A stretch of DNA of 64,000 bases from an uncultured Candidatus Saccharibacteria bacterium (GTDB lineage: Bacteria; Patescibacteriota; Minisyncoccia; Phycocordibacterales; UBA9973), in contig CAZRDO010000001.1 in assembly GCA_964599225.1 (NCBI GenBank), forward strand, positions 15,153-79,152, read 5' to 3'. Of this stretch, positions 8,668 through 19,527 are shown in pieces (position 1 is the stretch's first letter; each line of letters starts with the position of its first letter). Position numbers and translations under genes: made by a program. Below the pieces are notes generated by a model. That model was not told where the DNA came from. It was given only the letters and a program-made list of their open reading frames with translations, and did no database searches.

Positions 8668-9201
8668 TTAGGCAGGTAGCTTTTTTTGGAGAAATATTTT
8701 CATGAATTCTTCAAAACTCGATTTAGTACTCAATCCTGTTTTATGGAGTCCGAGCTTATCGACTAAGAAGGGCTTATGCTGAACTCCCTTTTCATTTGAG
8801 TATTTAATTTCCACCTCTTCCAGCATTCTAAAGAAATCATATGCTCTACCCCTCCATAGTTTTTCAAATAACTTTGGAACAAGCTTAACGCCCAAGATAT
8901 TTGTTTTTAGATGGAGGGTTTGGGCTTCTGAATGGAGTACAGTAATAATGTGTATAGCTCTGATGTCAAAGCCTGTGTTTAAAGGGTATAGCTGGAATTC
9001 AGCTTCCTTTATTGGTTTTGGGGCTCCTGGATTTGCACCAGATGCAGAGATAAGAGTGGTATCTTTTTCATAAACCGCATCATTTATACGGTCAGGATTA
9101 TACACTTCCCAGGGTTTTGCGAAACCTTTGACATAAGGAAGCACAATAGCAGGGAATTCGCTAATGCTTTGCAGGGCTACTAAATCTATTTTGTAAAACA
9201 T
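8668..9201 (-). CDS. Hypothetical protein
   Basis: ~177-aa ORF (ATG 9201; ORF track start 9222); stop lies in hairpin ACCTGC-ttta-gGCAGGT. Confidence 0.6.
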   Translation of the reverse strand: MFYKIDLVALQSISEFPAIVLPYVKGFAKPWEVYNPDRINDAVYEKDTTLISASGANPGAPKPIKEAEFQLYPLNTGFDIRAIHIITVLHSEAQTLHLKTNILGVKLVPKLFEKLWRGRAYDFFRMLEEVEIKYSNEKGVQHKPFLVDKLGLHKTGLSTKSSFEEFMKIFLQKKLPA

Positions 9202-9252
9202 ATTTTGACTTTTTCTAGTCAAAATATACAGGAACTATTTAATTTGTAAAGC

Positions 9253-10173
9253 CTACGAATTTTTATGAAGCCAGAGGTAGATATCTTCGAGGGCTTTGAC
9301 CGCATCACCCGCGGCGATATTGTTCTGATGATAGCGGCCGTCAGTGACGTCGCCTGCTGCCCAAATGCCTGAAACAACAGTCATTTGAGATCTTGGATCA
9401 ACTGGAATCCTATTTAATTCATCGAGTGTTAGCACACCTCTGGCAAAATCACTATTTGGAATCTGGCCAATTTCAACGAAAATTCCCTGCACTGGAAGCA
9501 TGGTTTCATTTCCGGATGAGTCGCGGTAGGTGAGAGAGGAGACCATGCCAGAGCCTTCGATTTTTACAAGTTCAACATTTGTAATAGCTTTGATCTTGGG
9601 ATTAGCAAGAACTTTCTCAACTGTCACTTCATCAGCACGGAACGTATCGCGTCGATGTATGATAGTGACACTTTTACAATAGGCCACAAGTTGTGCCGCG
9701 CTTTCAAACGCTGCATTGCCACCTCCAATAACTGCTACATCCATGTCTGCAAAGAGTGGCCCATCACAAGAGGCGCAATAGGTGATACCTTTGTTTTCAA
9801 ACTCTGCCGCACCAGGAATTTCAAGCTTTCGTCGAGAGCTACCTGAAGTTATGAGAATCGCGCGTGCTTGGTAGCTACCAGTTTCAGTTAGAACGGTGAA
9901 TATTGAGTCAGATTTCGAAATATTTTTGACCTTCTCACCTTCTTTTATGACAAAGCTCTCACTCTCATACTTTTTGGTGTGGGTTTTTAAGTTCTTAGCC
10001 AACTCTTCTCCGGAGATGACTGGTGTACCAATCCAGTTTTCAATGCCTTCTGAGACAGTCGATTGACCGCCAAATTCGGTAGCAATAAGAAGCGTCGAGA
10101 GACGCTTACGTGCGGCATACACTGCTCCAGCCACTCCAGCTGGCCCACCTCCGATAATTATTAGGTCATGCAT
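9253..10173 (-). CDS. trxB: Thioredoxin reductase / AhpF-like NAD(P)H disulfide oxidoreductase
   Basis: GGGPAG FAD motif, YCASCDG redox CxxC, GGGNAA, GIWAAGD. Confidence 0.92.
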   Translation of the reverse strand: MHDLIIIGGGPAGVAGAVYAARKRLSTLLIATEFGGQSTVSEGIENWIGTPVISGEELAKNLKTHTKKYESESFVIKEGEKVKNISKSDSIFTVLTETGSYQARAILITSGSSRRKLEIPGAAEFENKGITYCASCDGPLFADMDVAVIGGGNAAFESAAQLVAYCKSVTIIHRRDTFRADEVTVEKVLANPKIKAITNVELVKIEGSGMVSSLTYRDSSGNETMLPVQGIFVEIGQIPNSDFARGVLTLDELNRIPVDPRSQMTVVSGIWAAGDVTDGRYHQNNIAAGDAVKALEDIYLWLHKNS

Positions 10174-10262
10174 AAGTAAATAGTAAGTAGTAAATGGTAA
10201 ATAGGAGGACAGTATACAGGACTAGTCAGTCTGAGGCAAAATAAAAACTCTACAATGTAGAG

Positions 10263-10673
10263 TTAGTTGAGCTTACCTTCAAGGTCTATTATTTGTATTT
10301 CGACAAGTCGATATTCAATTACAATTTTATATAGATGTTTATCATCAGTAGTAGAAACGTTTACTGTTTCTTTACTATAAACCGAATCTTTTTTGATGAT
10401 ATCTTTCGAAATATACCACTCTGGTTTAATAGCATTTTCTACTCCATCAAGTGTAACGGTGACCTTTTGGATCACCACTTTGTCACCAGCTTTAAATAGC
10501 CACAATGGAGCTTCTTCACAATTACGTATAACTACAGATTGCCCGTTACTAAGGACCTTAGCCTTTGCTCTCTGTTTTGTCTGGTCTTGGGCCAGTGCGC
10601 AATTAGTCCCAACACTTAGAATTAAAAGAAAAGTGATAATTTTTTTCATGACTACGATTTTTTCTAAGTCCAC
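10263..10673 (-). CDS. Hypothetical exported protein
   Basis: MKKIITFLLILSVGTNCALAQ signal peptide (likely start 10649). Confidence 0.65.
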   Translation of the reverse strand: MDLEKIVVMKKIITFLLILSVGTNCALAQDQTKQRAKAKVLSNGQSVVIRNCEEAPLWLFKAGDKVVIQKVTVTLDGVENAIKPEWYISKDIIKKDSVYSKETVNVSTTDDKHLYKIVIEYRLVEIQIIDLEGKLN

Positions 10674-10698
10674 CTTACTATGCTTTATATAAATGTCA

Positions 10699-10722
10699 AA
10701 GTCGCGCCGTAAGGCGCGACTT
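10699..10722 (-). terminator. Terminator downstream of ftsZ
   Basis: AAGTCGCGCC-gtaa-GGCGCGACTT perfect hairpin. Confidence 0.75.
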
Positions 10723-10761
10723 ATTACTATTTACTACTAACTATTTTCTATTTACTGATTT

Positions 10762-11934
10762 CTATCGTTTCGTTCTTCGCAAAAACGCAGGGACATTCCA
10801 TTCTTCATCGTCATCACCTTCAAAGACGCTCTCATCAACTTTCTTTGGCGCTGTTGCACTCTCGGAACGTTTTACATAATCGGAAGGCAAGGTGTTGTGG
10901 ATCTCCTTTTTTGGCGCATCGAGAGGAGTGTCATTCTTGGACCCTGCTGCTTGAGTGAAAAGAGATTTTTTTGGTCCATCAGTAGGGAAGCCGGTTGCGA
11001 TGACAGTAACTTTGATTTCACCTTTTTTCAAGCGCTCATCCTTAATCGTACCGAAGATAACCTTGGCATCTTTATCGATACTCTCAGTGATAATTCGAGC
11101 TGCTTCTTGGATTTCAAGTATACCGAGATCGTCGCCACCAGAGATTGCAAAGAGTACACCGTGAGCGCCATTGATTGAGATATCGAGAAGTGGAGAGTTG
11201 ATCGCTTCAAGCGCAGCGTGTTCTGCACGCTTGTCGCCACTTGCTGTTCCAATACCCATGAGGGCTGAACCAGCGTCTTGCATGACTGCGCGAATATCTG
11301 CGAAGTCGACGTTGATCACGCCTGGAGTAGTGATGAGATCAGTGATACCTTCAACTGCTTGGCGAAGAATATCATCACAGAGTGCAAAGGCTTGTTTGAA
11401 TGACATTTCCTTACTTGCAATCATGAGGAGTCGATCATTTGGAATGACGATGATTGCATCAACTTCGTTTGAGAGTTCTGCGAAAGCCGCTTCAGCAATG
11501 CGTCCACGTTGGGCACCTTCGAAGGCAAATGGTCGTGTGACTACGCCGACTGTGAGAATACCTTGCTCCTTGGCAGCGCGAGCAACAATAGGGGACGCTC
11601 CGGATCCTGTACCACCACCGAGTCCGGTTGCGATAAATACCATGTCAGCACCTTTGATGACATCTTGGATTTCAGCTTTGGTTTCTTCTGCAGCTTTTCT
11701 TCCCACATCTGGACTCATGCCAGCGCCAAGACCCTTGGTAAGGTTCTTACCAATGTGAATTTTCTTATCAGCAAGTGATTTGTGTAAGTCCTGCGTATCG
11801 GTATTCATGGCGATGAATTCGACACCCTTGACTTTGGAATTAATCATGTGATTAATTGCATTTCCACCCGATCCGCCTACGCCGATTACCTTAATTCGGG
11901 CAAAAGATTCTATGTCTGGATTAACTTTTGGCAT
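10762..11934 (-). CDS. ftsZ: Cell division GTPase FtsZ
   Basis: GVGGSGGNA, GGGTGSG tubulin motif, INVDFAD, C-terminal VPAFLRR. Confidence 0.98.
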   Translation of the reverse strand: MPKVNPDIESFARIKVIGVGGSGGNAINHMINSKVKGVEFIAMNTDTQDLHKSLADKKIHIGKNLTKGLGAGMSPDVGRKAAEETKAEIQDVIKGADMVFIATGLGGGTGSGASPIVARAAKEQGILTVGVVTRPFAFEGAQRGRIAEAAFAELSNEVDAIIVIPNDRLLMIASKEMSFKQAFALCDDILRQAVEGITDLITTPGVINVDFADIRAVMQDAGSALMGIGTASGDKRAEHAALEAINSPLLDISINGAHGVLFAISGGDDLGILEIQEAARIITESIDKDAKVIFGTIKDERLKKGEIKVTVIATGFPTDGPKKSLFTQAAGSKNDTPLDAPKKEIHNTLPSDYVKRSESATAPKKVDESVFEGDDDEEWNVPAFLRRTKR

Positions 11935-12028
11935 GGTATTTGTTTCTCCCCCGTGAAATTATAAATATATTCATATACTAGCAGACCCTTCAAAAAAGGG
12001 AAGTCCCACTCTTGAGCTGCTATGGTAC

Positions 12029-13189
12029 TTAGGGAAGGAGTTGTTTGAAAAAGTTTTTGATCGTGTCTTTGAATGTTCCTTCATCGACATCATAATGTCG
12101 CTCTGTTTGGGCACCAAGAAGTGTACTGTAAACAGGAAGACCTGCTGCAGTGAGCCAAACTGCATCTTTGGGAATAAATTTGTTTCCTTTCAATTCAAAT
12201 TCTCCGATGCGGGCAGGAAGTCCGAGCACATCACGTGCGATCTCAGCTATATGTGCAATACGTGCGCCACCACCAGTGAGAATGACACCAGCCGGGAGGA
12301 GGCCACTGCGTTTAATTTTACGAAGCTGTGCATCGATGTGTTCAAATATATCAATGAGTCGCGCAGAAATGATTTCTTGAATTTTTTTCTGTGAATGTTC
12401 CTGAAAAATATTTCCAATTTTTATACTCTCAGCTTCTTCAAGCGAGACCTTTAATCCAAGAGCAATATCATTAGTGATATCGTTTGAACCGATTGGGATG
12501 ACGAAGAGAAGCGTGACAAAGTCATCTTCAAATACTGAGACTGACACTGTATCTGAGCCAATATTAATCACTGCGCACCCAGCTGTGCGCTGTTTTTCAT
12601 TGGTCGAAATAATACTTCCCGCTAGTGGCCCAGCAATGACATCAACAACATCAAGTCCAACAGAGCTCGCGACCGAAACGAAATCATCAACGTGTTGAGC
12701 GAGAATACTAATGAAGAGTGCTTTGGTATCAAGCTTAATGCCTTGCATACCCTCAGGTCTACCAATGACAGGCTTCGAATCAATTGAAAATGAAAGGGGA
12801 ATAGTGTGGAGGATTTTTCTATTGGTGAGTTTTAAACTATGTTCAGCATCACGAAGCGATTTTTCTACATCAAGTGAGGTCACTTCACCATCTGCTTTAG
12901 ACATGATCGCAGAACCTACTGCAATCGAGGAGAGAAGTCCGACCCCATTTGCAGCGAGTATGGCATGTCTTGGTGAGACACCCGCGACGCGTACTGCATC
13001 ACCGAGCGCACGCTTGACTGACTCAAGGGCTTTATGTGGATGGATGATATAACCTTCGCGCATACCAAGAGCATCAGCACTACCAGTGCCAATAATTTTT
13101 GGGAATTTTTCTCCCTTTTCAAATTGTGCGATTGCAATTCTTGTGGTGCTTGATCCAATATCAATACACGCAACAGTATTTCTGGCCAT
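12029..13189 (-). CDS. ftsA: Cell division protein FtsA
   Basis: IDIGSS, INIGSDT, IGSNDITNDIA, GVILTGGG; directly upstream of ftsZ. Confidence 0.95.
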   Translation of the reverse strand: MARNTVACIDIGSSTTRIAIAQFEKGEKFPKIIGTGSADALGMREGYIIHPHKALESVKRALGDAVRVAGVSPRHAILAANGVGLLSSIAVGSAIMSKADGEVTSLDVEKSLRDAEHSLKLTNRKILHTIPLSFSIDSKPVIGRPEGMQGIKLDTKALFISILAQHVDDFVSVASSVGLDVVDVIAGPLAGSIISTNEKQRTAGCAVINIGSDTVSVSVFEDDFVTLLFVIPIGSNDITNDIALGLKVSLEEAESIKIGNIFQEHSQKKIQEIISARLIDIFEHIDAQLRKIKRSGLLPAGVILTGGGARIAHIAEIARDVLGLPARIGEFELKGNKFIPKDAVWLTAAGLPVYSTLLGAQTERHYDVDEGTFKDTIKNFFKQLLP

Positions 13190-13227
13190 GTGAAATTGAG
13201 TAAGTTACGCGAGAGAAAGTGTGAGCA

Positions 13228-13635
13228 CTATTCGTGATCGGGGTATGCAATATTAAAATATGCGCACCACTTTCTTTCAGCTTGCTTCATTGTACTACCA
13301 TGCTCATACTCCGCCAAATGAAGTAGGCCGTGGATAAACAAAAAAAGTAGGAATTTTGATTCTTGCATAGCAAATTCTTTTGCTTGGGCACGTATAGTCT
13401 TTGGTTCAAGTATGATCTCTCCACTTGATTTGGAAAGCGGGAAACTAAGGATAGTAGTGGGATAGTTTTTGTTTCTAAATTCCTTATTAAGTTTCGCCGA
13501 AGTGCGAGCACTTACACATGAGACTGAGAGCTCATAGCGCTTACCGAGGATTTTTTCTTTAGCCATAACGAAAGATATTCGCGGTATGCGAATATTCTTT
13601 ACTTCTTTTATGATCTGGAAATTCTCTTGGCTCAT
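13228..13635 (-). CDS. ybeY: rRNA maturation endoribonuclease YbeY
   Basis: LN..FR.K.YPT.ILSF and HGLLHL..YEH motifs. Confidence 0.92.
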   Translation of the reverse strand: MSQENFQIIKEVKNIRIPRISFVMAKEKILGKRYELSVSCVSARTSAKLNKEFRNKNYPTTILSFPLSKSSGEIILEPKTIRAQAKEFAMQESKFLLFLFIHGLLHLAEYEHGSTMKQAERKWCAYFNIAYPDHE

Positions 13636-13647
13636 TGAGCTTCGGTA

Positions 13648-13875
13648 TTAAGCAATTTTACCAAGCTTGCGGAGACGATCGTTGGCTTTACGACGAACAA
13701 TACGCTTAAGCATACTTGTTTTTTGAGAAAGCTTAGATGGTTTGCGAACCTCGTGGCGGCGGGCTTTGACAAGTTGTACAAGTCGAGATTCCTGTGCACT
13801 TCGAGAAAAGCGTCGGAGAAGACTCGAGTTCGATTCGCTTCCTGATTTTTTTACTTCAATTACAGTCATTGACAT
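13648..13875 (-). CDS. rpsU: 30S ribosomal protein bS21 (divergent)
   Basis: IEVKK..ES..SLLRRFSR, KPS; very basic 75 aa. Confidence 0.7.
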   Translation of the reverse strand: MSMTVIEVKKSGSESNSSLLRRFSRSAQESRLVQLVKARRHEVRKPSKLSQKTSMLKRIVRRKANDRLRKLGKIA

Positions 13876-13911
13876 GACTAAAGAATAGCACAGATATACC
13901 CCTACTGCAAG

Positions 13912-15879
13912 CTACTGTATGAGCCCTTCTGGGTTAATAGTAGTCGAAAGTGCTTCTTGGGCCATCTCAATGAGCATCTCTCTACAGCGCATAGACTCGG
14001 GTGATGGTGGAAGAGTCATTAATGCTTCCCAGTAGGGAGTAGGAATCCGCACCATCACACAAGTACCAGAAATATATTTCCCACGTATTACCTCGTTGAA
14101 TGCAAATGTATTGAGTTCAACGACATATGGGTGTTGTATGAGCTCGTCAGTAAGTGGTGCATTATTTTTGAAAATAAAACGTACGGTCGTCACAAATGGG
14201 CTATAGTGAAGTTCTTTTCGCTCTTCGAGATCATCACGAATAATTTTTGGATAGGCAGACCGTTCAATATCGGTGAGGACTTTATTGTCAGGTGCCCGAG
14301 TCTGGACGATACAGGCATCTATCGCAAGTGCACGAAGTAGCAAAATGAGTCGTAATGCTTTTTCGACTACGACATAAATTGGAAGTGAGAACATTGAATC
14401 GATCGACACGACTACGACTGTAGCAATATCTTTGAGATACGGAATTGCTTGTTCGGTGCCCACAAGAATACCTCCTTCAGTTTCGTAAAATTTCTTTATG
14501 AAAAGTTCTCGAGCACGGATGGTCTTGATAGTACTCTGATCAAAGGGGAATACTCGCTCATCACCAAAGTCTTTCTTTAATTCATCAATAATACGTTCAT
14601 TACCCAGACCGTATTCCTTGAGATTCCAGCTTTTACAATACGGACATGCAAAGTTTGCACGCTCGACGATGCGACAGCGATTACACATGAAATAACGCTC
14701 CTCAACTTTTTTAATAGTTGCTGATTGATTTTTCTGTTTAGTAATTATTTTGTCCGTATAAAGTACGAGTGGACTTCCACAGCGTCCACAGGCACAGATA
14801 TGTCCACAGTCCTGACAGAGTGTTGTTGTTGCCAAGCCTTTGCGATGAGTGAGTACAAAGACATGTTTCCTTTGGCGAAGTGAATCTGCTATCTGCTTTC
14901 CAGTCTTACTCGAGAAAACCTTGAATTTATTTTTATCCTTTATTGTCGCTTCATCGTCCAACATATTTACAATCGAAAAGGTTTTCTGCTCTCTAGGGGC
15001 AATCGTGAGTGGTCTCAGTTCTACAAATTCTTTAAGCTGGTGTCGATAGAGTGTTTCAAATCGCAAAAGCGTATCTGCCAGAATAAATCGTACATGGAGT
15101 TCTTCCGCAAGTATCTCAAGCAATACTCTCCAATCAATCTGATTACGATCAAACGTACGGTAATCACTTGAAGACTCACGTTCCAAAATTATAGTTCTGA
15201 GATCACGTCGGGGTATTGTCGAAAATGAGGGAGTAGCAATAATAAGTACCGGATGGGTTTTACTAAGAATTTCTCCGATCATTTTCTTTATGACTGGATT
15301 GGCTAGTTGACTATGTAGTGTATACACATATTCTCCTATGCCACGTGCTACTTCTTGTTCGATACGGATACATTCAATTATCGTCGGGGCAATAATCATG
15401 CAGGATTCGTTGCGGGCAAAAGCTTCTCGCACGAGTGTTCGATACAGTGACCTGCGCTCATCAGTAGGAAGCTCTAAGACACATTTTTCTGACTGTGGAA
15501 GTTCATGTGTCGATCGAGCTACAGTTGGTGACTTGGCAGAGAGTGTCTCATCAATAAGGGTGAGCGGTAAGAGAAGTCCGAGCATACTACTCGTACTCGT
15601 CAGAAAATGGAGTGCAGAGCGCTTTGCTGTAGTAAATAATGCAGACGAAAATGGAGAAGGCCCAAGTGCGCGGATTACTTTTTTCATTTTAAACCGTTCT
15701 TTTTTCAGCGAGAGTTTTGTGGTTTCAATTGGTCGTACTTCTACTACTAATGCAGTAACCTCTCGACTGCCGATCATAACGACAACCAAATCTCCCTCAC
15801 GGATATCAAATGAGGAAAAGTAGGATAGGGTGTCTTTGGGCAGTCCACGCACTATAGGAATTACGGAAACGGAGATCAT
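13912..15879 (-). CDS. priA: Primosomal protein N' (PriA) with degenerate helicase motifs
   Basis: N-terminal 3'-DNA-binding domain, four CxxC pairs, ILVGT and VQTR; no intact Walker A or DEAH box. Confidence 0.85.
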   Translation of the reverse strand: MISVSVIPIVRGLPKDTLSYFSSFDIREGDLVVVMIGSREVTALVVEVRPIETTKLSLKKERFKMKKVIRALGPSPFSSALFTTAKRSALHFLTSTSSMLGLLLPLTLIDETLSAKSPTVARSTHELPQSEKCVLELPTDERRSLYRTLVREAFARNESCMIIAPTIIECIRIEQEVARGIGEYVYTLHSQLANPVIKKMIGEILSKTHPVLIIATPSFSTIPRRDLRTIILERESSSDYRTFDRNQIDWRVLLEILAEELHVRFILADTLLRFETLYRHQLKEFVELRPLTIAPREQKTFSIVNMLDDEATIKDKNKFKVFSSKTGKQIADSLRQRKHVFVLTHRKGLATTTLCQDCGHICACGRCGSPLVLYTDKIITKQKNQSATIKKVEERYFMCNRCRIVERANFACPYCKSWNLKEYGLGNERIIDELKKDFGDERVFPFDQSTIKTIRARELFIKKFYETEGGILVGTEQAIPYLKDIATVVVVSIDSMFSLPIYVVVEKALRLILLLRALAIDACIVQTRAPDNKVLTDIERSAYPKIIRDDLEERKELHYSPFVTTVRFIFKNNAPLTDELIQHPYVVELNTFAFNEVIRGKYISGTCVMVRIPTPYWEALMTLPPSPESMRCREMLIEMAQEALSTTINPEGLIQ

Positions 15880-15993
15880 ATGAGAAGAATACCATGAGAC
15901 TACTATCAGAAACCAAGATCGTCGTGATATACTCGAATAATCTCTGAATTTATTTACTATTCCCTATAACCTTATCACTACACGCTAATTTAT

Positions 15994-17007
15994 ATGGCCT
16001 TATTTTCAAATCGTTTAGGAATAGATTTAGGCACCGCCAATACGCTTGTATTCGTACCAGGTAAGGGAATTGTATTAAATGAACCTTCAGTGGTGGCGAT
16101 TTCCGAGGTAAATAATCGCGTACTTGCTATCGGAAATGAAGCGAAAGAAATGATTGGCAAAACCCCGGAGAGTATTATTGCCTACCGTCCGATGAAGGAT
16201 GGTGTTATTGCTGACTACCGTGTGACTGAAGCCATGCTACGATACTTTATTGATAAGGCACTTGGTAAATTTCATTTCTTCAAACCTGATGTCATGATTT
16301 CTGTGCCAGCCGGCGTCACCTCAACTGAACGACGCGCAGTCATCGAAGCGGCACTCCGCGCTGGTGCGAAAAACGCCTATGTGGTCAAAGAGCCTATACT
16401 TGCCGCGATTGGTGCTGGGATTCCTATTCACGAATCCTGTGGACATATGGTTGTCGACATTGGTGGTGGCACAACAGATGTCGCCGTTATTTCTCTTGGG
16501 GGTATCGTGGCATCAACCTCAGTGAAATGTGCGGGTAATAAAATTGATCAGGCAATCACAGACTATATAAAGCGGGCATACAATTTAGGAATTGGTGATA
16601 AGACGGCCGAAGATATCAAGATAAAAATTGGAGCGGCGGTACCGCTTGAGGAGAATCTCACAATGACAGTCAAAGGGCGTGATTTTATTCAAGGGCTTCC
16701 ACGTACGACAGAAATTTCGACCAATGAAATCGTCAAAGCAATTGATAGTGAGCTTCGTCAGATACTCAAGGCAATCAAAGATGTGCTCTCAGAGACACCA
16801 CCAGAACTTGCCTCCGACATTATTGATAAGGGTATTATCATGACTGGTGGTACATCACAACTTCGTAATTTCCCAGAACTTGTTTTTCGAGCGACTGGAG
16901 TTAAAGCCAGACTTGCTGACGATGCACTCTATTGTGTTGCCAAGGGTACCGGCATTGCGCTTGCCCATCTTGATTCATATAAACGTACTATTATAAGTAA
17001 ACGTTAG
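15994..17007 (+). CDS. mreB: Rod shape-determining protein MreB
   Basis: GIDLGTANTLV, NEPSVVA, RPMKDGVIAD, VDIGGGTTD. Confidence 0.97.
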   Translation: MALFSNRLGIDLGTANTLVFVPGKGIVLNEPSVVAISEVNNRVLAIGNEAKEMIGKTPESIIAYRPMKDGVIADYRVTEAMLRYFIDKALGKFHFFKPDVMISVPAGVTSTERRAVIEAALRAGAKNAYVVKEPILAAIGAGIPIHESCGHMVVDIGGGTTDVAVISLGGIVASTSVKCAGNKIDQAITDYIKRAYNLGIGDKTAEDIKIKIGAAVPLEENLTMTVKGRDFIQGLPRTTEISTNEIVKAIDSELRQILKAIKDVLSETPPELASDIIDKGIIMTGGTSQLRNFPELVFRATGVKARLADDALYCVAKGTGIALAHLDSYKRTIISKR

Positions 17008-17010
17008 TAT

Positions 17011-17688
17011 ATGTTTGGGGTTCCACTCTCAAAATTGCAGCATACATATATTGTTGGCGGGGAATTAGAGGAAGCTGAAGAAATTCTGGCCTATCTAAAA
17101 ACGGAGGGCATCGAGACTCTCGGTAATCCTGGAGTGATAGTCGAACATCATGAGCAGTTTGGTATTCTGGAGTCGAGAATATTTAAGGAGAAGTGTATTC
17201 TCTCATCTATAACTGATCATACCTTCTACATACTATGCGCAAGATCACTAACTCGTGAAGCAGAACAATCGCTTTTGAAACTTCTTGAGGAACCAATCAA
17301 AGGACTTCATTTTTTCTTAGTTACACCATACCCAGATCAATTACTTGATACACTTCGCTCCCGTGCTCAGGTAATAACACGTATTAAAAATAAGGAAACG
17401 CAAAATGCATTCCTTAAAAAAACTATTGCTTCACGATTAGGTGAAATTCGCACACTACTTAAAACAACTGATGGAGATAATGAGACAGAGTCACTCACGT
17501 CAGCGAAAGCGCTCAAGTTTGTGGAAAGTATAGAGCGTGAGCTTGCAAGCGAAATGCATACAAAAAAGAACTACCACCTTGTGCCCTACCTTGCTCAGTT
17601 ACTTTCGTTCAAACGCCATCTCCATGCTCGTGGCTCGTCAGTGAAAATGATTCTGGAACACCTAGCACTCACATTGCCTCAATTATAA
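17011..17688 (+). CDS. holB: DNA polymerase III delta' subunit-like protein
   Basis: LT.EAEQSLLKLLEEP...LLDTLRSR clamp-loader motif. Confidence 0.75.
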   Translation: MFGVPLSKLQHTYIVGGELEEAEEILAYLKTEGIETLGNPGVIVEHHEQFGILESRIFKEKCILSSITDHTFYILCARSLTREAEQSLLKLLEEPIKGLHFFLVTPYPDQLLDTLRSRAQVITRIKNKETQNAFLKKTIASRLGEIRTLLKTTDGDNETESLTSAKALKFVESIERELASEMHTKKNYHLVPYLAQLLSFKRHLHARGSSVKMILEHLALTLPQL

Positions 17689-17713
17689 AATCAAATTATA
17701 CTTACTCACATAT

Positions 17714-18253
17714 ATGTCTACATACGTAAAAGAGTTAAAGGATTCACTCATAAAGGTTGGTGAATGGTTATCCAAAGAATATGGATCTGTTCATACGGGT
17801 AGAGCGAGTCCTTCTATACTTGATAATGTCAGAGTGGATTCATACGGATCACTTCAACCGATTGGAAATATTGCTTCAGTCAATGTTGAAGATCCGAAGA
17901 CACTTCGAATTGTTCCTTGGGATAAAGGCACAATTAAAGCTATTGAGAAAGCAATTGGCGCAGCCAATACTGGACTCTCGGTTGCTTCTGATGATCAAGG
18001 ATTGAGAGTTATTTTCCCAATGTTAACAACAGAGAATCGTGAACGTACAGTAAAAGTACTGAAAGAAAAGCTTGAAGACGCACGCATTAGTGTTCGCAAA
18101 GAACGTGAGACTGCTATGAAAATGCTCAAAGACCAAGCAGGTAGTGAAGACGAAGCGGAGCGTGAGAAAGTTGAAATTCAAAAGTGCGTTGACGAAGCCA
18201 ATCAAAACCTTGAGCTTATTTTCCAGAGAAAAGAAAAGGAGGTGCTTAACTAA
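17714..18253 (+). CDS. frr: Ribosome recycling factor
   Basis: HTGRASP, VDSYGS, PWDK, P.LT.E.R, ARISVR. Confidence 0.95.
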   Translation: MSTYVKELKDSLIKVGEWLSKEYGSVHTGRASPSILDNVRVDSYGSLQPIGNIASVNVEDPKTLRIVPWDKGTIKAIEKAIGAANTGLSVASDDQGLRVIFPMLTTENRERTVKVLKEKLEDARISVRKERETAMKMLKDQAGSEDEAEREKVEIQKCVDEANQNLELIFQRKEKEVLN

Positions 18254-18335
18254 TACTTACTTTCAATGCAGATGTTTGACCCGAACGTTTACGGGTTATC
18301 TTTCAACTTAGCCTCTTTTACTTTATACTGAGCTG

Positions 18336-19430
18336 ATGTCCATCATTATATTTATACTCATTCTACTTGTACTTATTCTTGTCCATGAATATGGGCATTT
18401 TATTGTTGCCAAAAAGTCCGGCATTCGAGTAGATGAATTCGGTATTGGCTTCCCACCAAGAGCGCTGAAACTCTTTACTCGGAAGGGCACACTGTTCTCA
18501 CTCAACTGGATTCCATTTGGTGGATTCGTAAAAATTTTTGGTGAAAATCCTGATGATGAATCAGAGAGTGGTCCCGATGCAGCACGTGCACTCGTGAACA
18601 AACCACGAGGAATTCAAGCACTCGTACTTATTGCTGGTATTGTATTTAATATTTTACTTGCTTGGCTCCTCCTCTCAGTTGCATTTATGTTCGGACTACA
18701 GGCATCAAGTTCTTCATTTGATAAAACGTTGGTACAAAACTCAATGCTAACGATCACGCAGGTTTCAGAGGAGACTCCAGCTCATGCGGCTGGTCTTGAA
18801 GCTGGTGATAAGGTTGAAAGTATTTCCTATCTAGAAGAAAAAATCTCAGATCCGTCACCAGAAGTATTTCAAGAATTTGTGCATACTCATGGTGACCTAC
18901 CTATTATGCTTAGTGTTGTTCGTGACAGTGAAGCTATGGATATTATGGTCACGCCAACTATAAGTGAAGGAGGTACTGTTCCCATGATTGGTGTCTCACT
19001 TGATGAAGTAGGAACACTCAAACTGCCATTTTTTAAATCTTTCATTTACGGTGCCAAAACCACAATCAATGAGACGAGTAATATTGTCAAAGCATTTGGG
19101 GGACTCCTTGGAGGTGCTGCAACTGGTAATGCTGATCTCTCTGATGTCGCAGGTCCAATTGGAATCGTAGGACTTGTAAAACAAGCACTTAATCTCGGAT
19201 TCGCTTATGTACTCTATTTCACTGCGCTAATCTCAATTAACCTTGCGGTTATTAATCTATTCCCATTTCCAGCACTCGATGGCGGACGTCTACTTTTTCT
19301 CCTCATCGAAGCAATTCGTGGTAAACGCCTCAACCAAAAATTCGCAAATTACGCCAACAGTATCGGTTTTATAATTCTCATCGGACTAATGATTGTAATT
19401 ACCGTGCATGATGTCATTAAATTGTTTTAA
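18336..19430 (+). CDS. rseP: RIP metalloprotease RseP (M50, PDZ)
   Basis: HEYGH, EFGIGF, PFGGFV, NLFPFPALDGG. Confidence 0.95.
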   Translation: MSIIIFILILLVLILVHEYGHFIVAKKSGIRVDEFGIGFPPRALKLFTRKGTLFSLNWIPFGGFVKIFGENPDDESESGPDAARALVNKPRGIQALVLIAGIVFNILLAWLLLSVAFMFGLQASSSSFDKTLVQNSMLTITQVSEETPAHAAGLEAGDKVESISYLEEKISDPSPEVFQEFVHTHGDLPIMLSVVRDSEAMDIMVTPTISEGGTVPMIGVSLDEVGTLKLPFFKSFIYGAKTTINETSNIVKAFGGLLGGAATGNADLSDVAGPIGIVGLVKQALNLGFAYVLYFTALISINLAVINLFPFPALDGGRLLFLLIEAIRGKRLNQKFANYANSIGFIILIGLMIVITVHDVIKLF

Positions 19431-19527
19431 TTAGCGATTAGGGTATAGCGGATAGGGGATAGTAAAAAATAAAAACCTGCTTTGATAGTATCAAGCAGGT
19501 CATAAAATATAGTAGGAATATGTAGCG

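Noticed and set aside
10897-11778. Long antisense ORFs over ftsZ (likewise over priA, alaS, rpsK, rpoA, dnaK, gap, tkt, fba)
   Set aside because: Shadow frames of well-supported conserved genes
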